The notes under the pieces: model-generated
What the model saw: only the letters and a program-made list of their open reading frames with translations
The model's database searches: none
What the model was told of the DNA's origin: nothing
Assembly: GCA_964291215.2 (NCBI GenBank)
Contig: OZ219790.1
Location: forward strand, 1,856,001 to 1,920,000
DNA length: 64,000 nt
Origin: Alphaproteobacteria bacterium
GTDB taxonomy: Bacteria > Pseudomonadota > Alphaproteobacteria > MPNO01 > UBA830
Direction: 5' to 3'
Part shown: positions 61,133 to 64,000 of the stretch, one piece after another
Layout: every line of letters starts with the position of its first letter
Position numbering within the stretch: the stretch's first letter is position 1
Program-made: the position numbers and the translations under genes

Positions 61133-61639
61133 ATGACTGGCGCGAAACTGACGACGAATCCGCTCTTCCTTCGTGACGAGGATCTCCGCCAGGGGATCGA
61201 ACTGCTCTATTTCGCCTATCAGGACCTTGCCCGGGACGCCGACCAGATTCTCGCCGAATACGGCTTCGGCCGCGCCCATCACCGCGCAATCCATTTCGTG
61301 AACAGCAATCCCGGAATAACGGTCTCCGAACTCCTGTCGATTCTGAAGATCACCAAGCAGAGCCTGTCACGGGTCCTGGGCCAGCTCGTCCGCGACGGAT
61401 TCATCGTCCAGATGAAGAGCGAAGGCGACCGGCGCCAGAGATTGCTCAAACTCACGCCCAAGGGCGTCCAACTCGAACGGCGCCTTTCCGAGATCCAGCG
61501 CAGCAAGATAGCGCAGGCGTACCGCGAAGCTGGCGCCGAGGCAGTCGAAGGCTACTGCCAGGTTCTTGCCGGCATGATCGGAGAGGAGGGCCGGAATCGT
61601 GTCCTCGGCCAGCGCCGCGATGCCTGCGGCGGCAAGTAG
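61133..61639 (+). CDS. MarR family regulator (PetP-like)
   Basis: LFLRDEDLRQGIELLYFAY, GRAHHRA, ITKQSLSRVL, DRRQRLL; divergent from ilvE. Confidence 0.9.
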   Translation: MTGAKLTTNPLFLRDEDLRQGIELLYFAYQDLARDADQILAEYGFGRAHHRAIHFVNSNPGITVSELLSILKITKQSLSRVLGQLVRDGFIVQMKSEGDRRQRLLKLTPKGVQLERRLSEIQRSKIAQAYREAGAEAVEGYCQVLAGMIGEEGRNRVLGQRRDACGGK

Positions 61640-61658
61640 AAGCAGCGCCGCGGACCGC

Positions 61659-62444
61659 TCATATCCTGACCGTTCCCTCCATATAGAGCGCGGCCCGTCC
61701 GCCGATGCCGACGCGCGGACCCCGGTCTTCGCAATGGAGCGTTCCGCCGCGCGCCGATATCTGGCGCGCGAGCAGATTTTTCCGGGCCAGTTTCGCCGAC
61801 CAGTAGGGAATCAGCATGCAGTGCGCGGACCCGGTTACGGGATCCTCGTCGACGCCGTGCGCTGGCGCGAAATAGCGCGACACGAAATCGCAGTCCTCGC
61901 CCGGCGCCGTTGCGATCACACCGCGCGGATAGAGTTTCGCAAGACTGCGGAACTCGGGCTCCAGCGCCGCGACCTCGGCCTTGTGCGCGAAGACGGCCAT
62001 GTAGTTCCGCCCCTCGAAAACCGCCCGCGGGACCACGCCCAGACCCCCGGCCAGCGCCTCCGGAATTTCGGTCTCGACGGCTTGATGCGCCGGAAAGTCC
62101 AGGTACAGGAGATCATCCCGGCGGGCAACCGTCATCCTCCCGCTCTGCGTGTTGAACGACACCGCCTCCCTGCCCGTCGCCATGCGCTCAAGGATCACGA
62201 ATGCCGACGCAAGCGTCGCATGGCCGCACAGCTCGACCTCGATCGTGGGCGTGAACCAGCGCAGATCGTAACCGTCCTCACCGTCGGGGACGAAGAACGC
62301 GGTCTCCGAGAGATTGTTCTCGGCAGCAATCGCCTGCATCAGCTCGTCGGGCAGCCATTCGGTCAGGGGGCATACAGCCGCCGGGTTTCCGGAGAACACC
62401 CGGTCCGCAAACGCATCGATTTGGTAAATCCGTATCCCGCTCAT
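61659..62444 (-). CDS. PhzF family epimerase/isomerase
   Basis: IDAFA..GNPAAV, NLSETAF, LCGHATLA, EDPVTGSA. Confidence 0.92.
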   Translation of the reverse strand: MSGIRIYQIDAFADRVFSGNPAAVCPLTEWLPDELMQAIAAENNLSETAFFVPDGEDGYDLRWFTPTIEVELCGHATLASAFVILERMATGREAVSFNTQSGRMTVARRDDLLYLDFPAHQAVETEIPEALAGGLGVVPRAVFEGRNYMAVFAHKAEVAALEPEFRSLAKLYPRGVIATAPGEDCDFVSRYFAPAHGVDEDPVTGSAHCMLIPYWSAKLARKNLLARQISARGGTLHCEDRGPRVGIGGRAALYMEGTVRI

Positions 62445-62445
62445 C

Positions 62446-63255
62446 CTATCGGGTCCCGGCGATGGGCCGAACCGTATGGCCATGATCCAGGGGGCCGTGG
62501 CCGTGGCCGTGGCCGGGCGCGAGACGGATGGCCCGGAGCACATAGGCCTGCGCCCGTTCGACCGCGGCAAACAGCGGCAGACCTGCAGCAAGCCCGGCAG
62601 CGATGGCAGACGCCATGGTGCAGCCGGTTCCGTGGGTATGGGCCGTGGCGATACGCGCGGTCGCGAATGTATGGCACGTCTGACCGTCATAGAGGACATC
62701 GACCAGTTCCGAACCCGTCATGTGGCCGCCCTTGACGAGCGCACCGGCAGGCCCAAACCCGACAAGCTGCCGGGCCGCATCCTTCATGTCGCCGAGGCTC
62801 TCGATACGCCCGCCGAGCAGCGTCTCCGCCTCAGGAATGTTCGGCGTGATCACGGCCGCTGCCGGCAACAGCCGACGGCGCACCGCATCGACACCGTCGG
62901 CATCGAGCAGCGATGCCCCGCCTTTGGCCACCATTACCGGATCGGCCACCAACGGCACCCCGGCAGCTTCCGATTCGATGACGTCGCATACCGCATCGAC
63001 GACCTCCGCGCTATGCAGCATTCCCGTCTTGAGGCAGTCGGCTCCGATATCCGCGAGCACCACCTCGATCTGTTTGCGGATGAACCCGATGTCAACCGCC
63101 ATCACCGCATGCACGTCGCGGGTGTCCTGGGCCGTGAGCGCGGTGATCGCAGTTGCAGCATAGCCGCCAAGCGCGGTCACCGTCTTGATGTCCGCCTGGA
63201 TGCCGGCGCCGCCGCCGGAATCGGATCCGGCGATTACAAGTACCCTCCCCTTCAC
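62446..63255 (-). CDS. thiD: Hydroxymethylpyrimidine/phosphomethylpyrimidine kinase
   Basis: IAGSDSGGGAGIQAD, DPVM, TPNIPEAE, THGTGCT. Confidence 0.96.
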   Translation of the reverse strand: MKGRVLVIAGSDSGGGAGIQADIKTVTALGGYAATAITALTAQDTRDVHAVMAVDIGFIRKQIEVVLADIGADCLKTGMLHSAEVVDAVCDVIESEAAGVPLVADPVMVAKGGASLLDADGVDAVRRRLLPAAAVITPNIPEAETLLGGRIESLGDMKDAARQLVGFGPAGALVKGGHMTGSELVDVLYDGQTCHTFATARIATAHTHGTGCTMASAIAAGLAAGLPLFAAVERAQAYVLRAIRLAPGHGHGHGPLDHGHTVRPIAGTR

Positions 63256-64000
63256 GACGGGACGGGATCCGCTGCGTCGGAGATCGCATCAGCGATCTGG
63301 CCGACCACAACCTCGACGACGCCCGAGTCCTCGCCTTCAACCATGACCCGGATGACCGGCTCGGTCCCCGATTTCCTGACCAGCACCCGCCCGCCGGCCC
63401 CGAGTTGCCGCTCGCCGTTTCGGACAGCCCGGGCCACGGCTCCGTCGGCGAGCGAACGGTCGGCCACGGCCGGGATGTTGCGCAGAACCTGCGGCCACGG
63501 ATCAAAGCACCTGCCAACCTCACGTAGTGGCCGACCGGCAGCAACCATGATCGACAGCACCTGCAGCGCCGCGATCAGCCCGTCGCCGGTGGTGGAGTAG
63601 TCTCCGAGCACGATGTGGCCCGACTGCTCGCCGCCGATGTTGCACCCGCTTGAGCGCATGTGCTCGACGACATAGCGATCACCGACTGGCGCACGCACGA
63701 GCGTGAGGTCCAGATCGTCGAGAAACCTCTCGAGGCCGCGGTTGGACATGACGCTGGCAACGATCCCGTCCCCCGACAGGCGCCCTTCCTGGCGCCATGA
63801 ACGGGCGATCATGGCGAGGAGCTGATCGCCATCAAGCACCGTTCCGGCGTCGTCGGCAAGGACGACGCGGTCGGCGTCGCCGTCCAGTGAAATCCCGATA
63901 TCGGCGCCGCTGTCGCGGACCAGGCGACGCATGGCCTCGGGATGGGTGCTGCCGCAATCCCGGTTGATGTTCAGCCCGTCGGGCGAAACCCCGCAGGTCA
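63252..64000 (-). CDS. glmM: Phosphoglucosamine mutase, 3' part (5' end outside window)
   Basis: PDGLNIN, DGDADR, VGDRYV, GGEQSGH, RKSGTEP. Confidence 0.95.
   Translation of the reverse strand, partial: TCGVSPDGLNINRDCGSTHPEAMRRLVRDSGADIGISLDGDADRVVLADDAGTVLDGDQLLAMIARSWRQEGRLSGDGIVASVMSNRGLERFLDDLDLTLVRAPVGDRYVVEHMRSSGCNIGGEQSGHIVLGDYSTTGDGLIAALQVLSIMVAAGRPLREVGRCFDPWPQVLRNIPAVADRSLADGAVARAVRNGERQLGAGGRVLVRKSGTEPVIRVMVEGEDSGVVEVVVGQIADAISDAADPVPS

Noticed and set aside
1-64000. tRNA, rRNA, CRISPR arrays, prophage genes
   Set aside because: None recognised by eye; tRNAscan, Rfam and CRISPR finders would be needed to exclude short RNAs

Overview
GC-rich alphaproteobacterial chromosome segment. 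The PhyH/TauD expansion and the toxin-antitoxin (TA) and IS load are reminiscent of marine invertebrate symbionts (inference). Intact backbone blocks: prdX-cnoX/ybbN-LON_N-trm112-DUF971; uvrB; cinA, flavin monooxygenase, ubiD, kefC-like and yrbG-like transporters; SDR-folB-uvrC-pgsA-mobB-moeA-moaD-moaE; ilvE, MarR, phzF, thiD, glmM. These are interleaved with accessory DNA: (i) five copies of a ~1.5 kb IS66-family element carrying a Dam-like methyltransferase remnant coupled to its transposase; (ii) a second IS66, plus IS256, IS630, ISAzo13 and a group II intron, all riddled with short deletions and duplications while their termini and most target-site duplications (TSDs) remain recognisable; (iii) three families of ~190 bp MITEs, two of which sit exactly 10 bp apart at two independent loci; (iv) a 12 kb seven-gene defence operon (DUF499 ATPase, small protein, DUF1156 methyltransferase, PLD-SNF2 helicase) with a translationally coupled three-gene insert ending in a ComEC-like MBL-fold nuclease; (v) several TA modules. 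Best candidates for undescribed biology: the three-gene nuclease module nested in the restriction-like operon, the methyltransferase-carrying IS66, MITE-to-MITE docking, and deletion-dominated decay concentrated in mobile elements (an assembly artefact must be excluded). All calls come from motif recognition by eye; no database searches were run.
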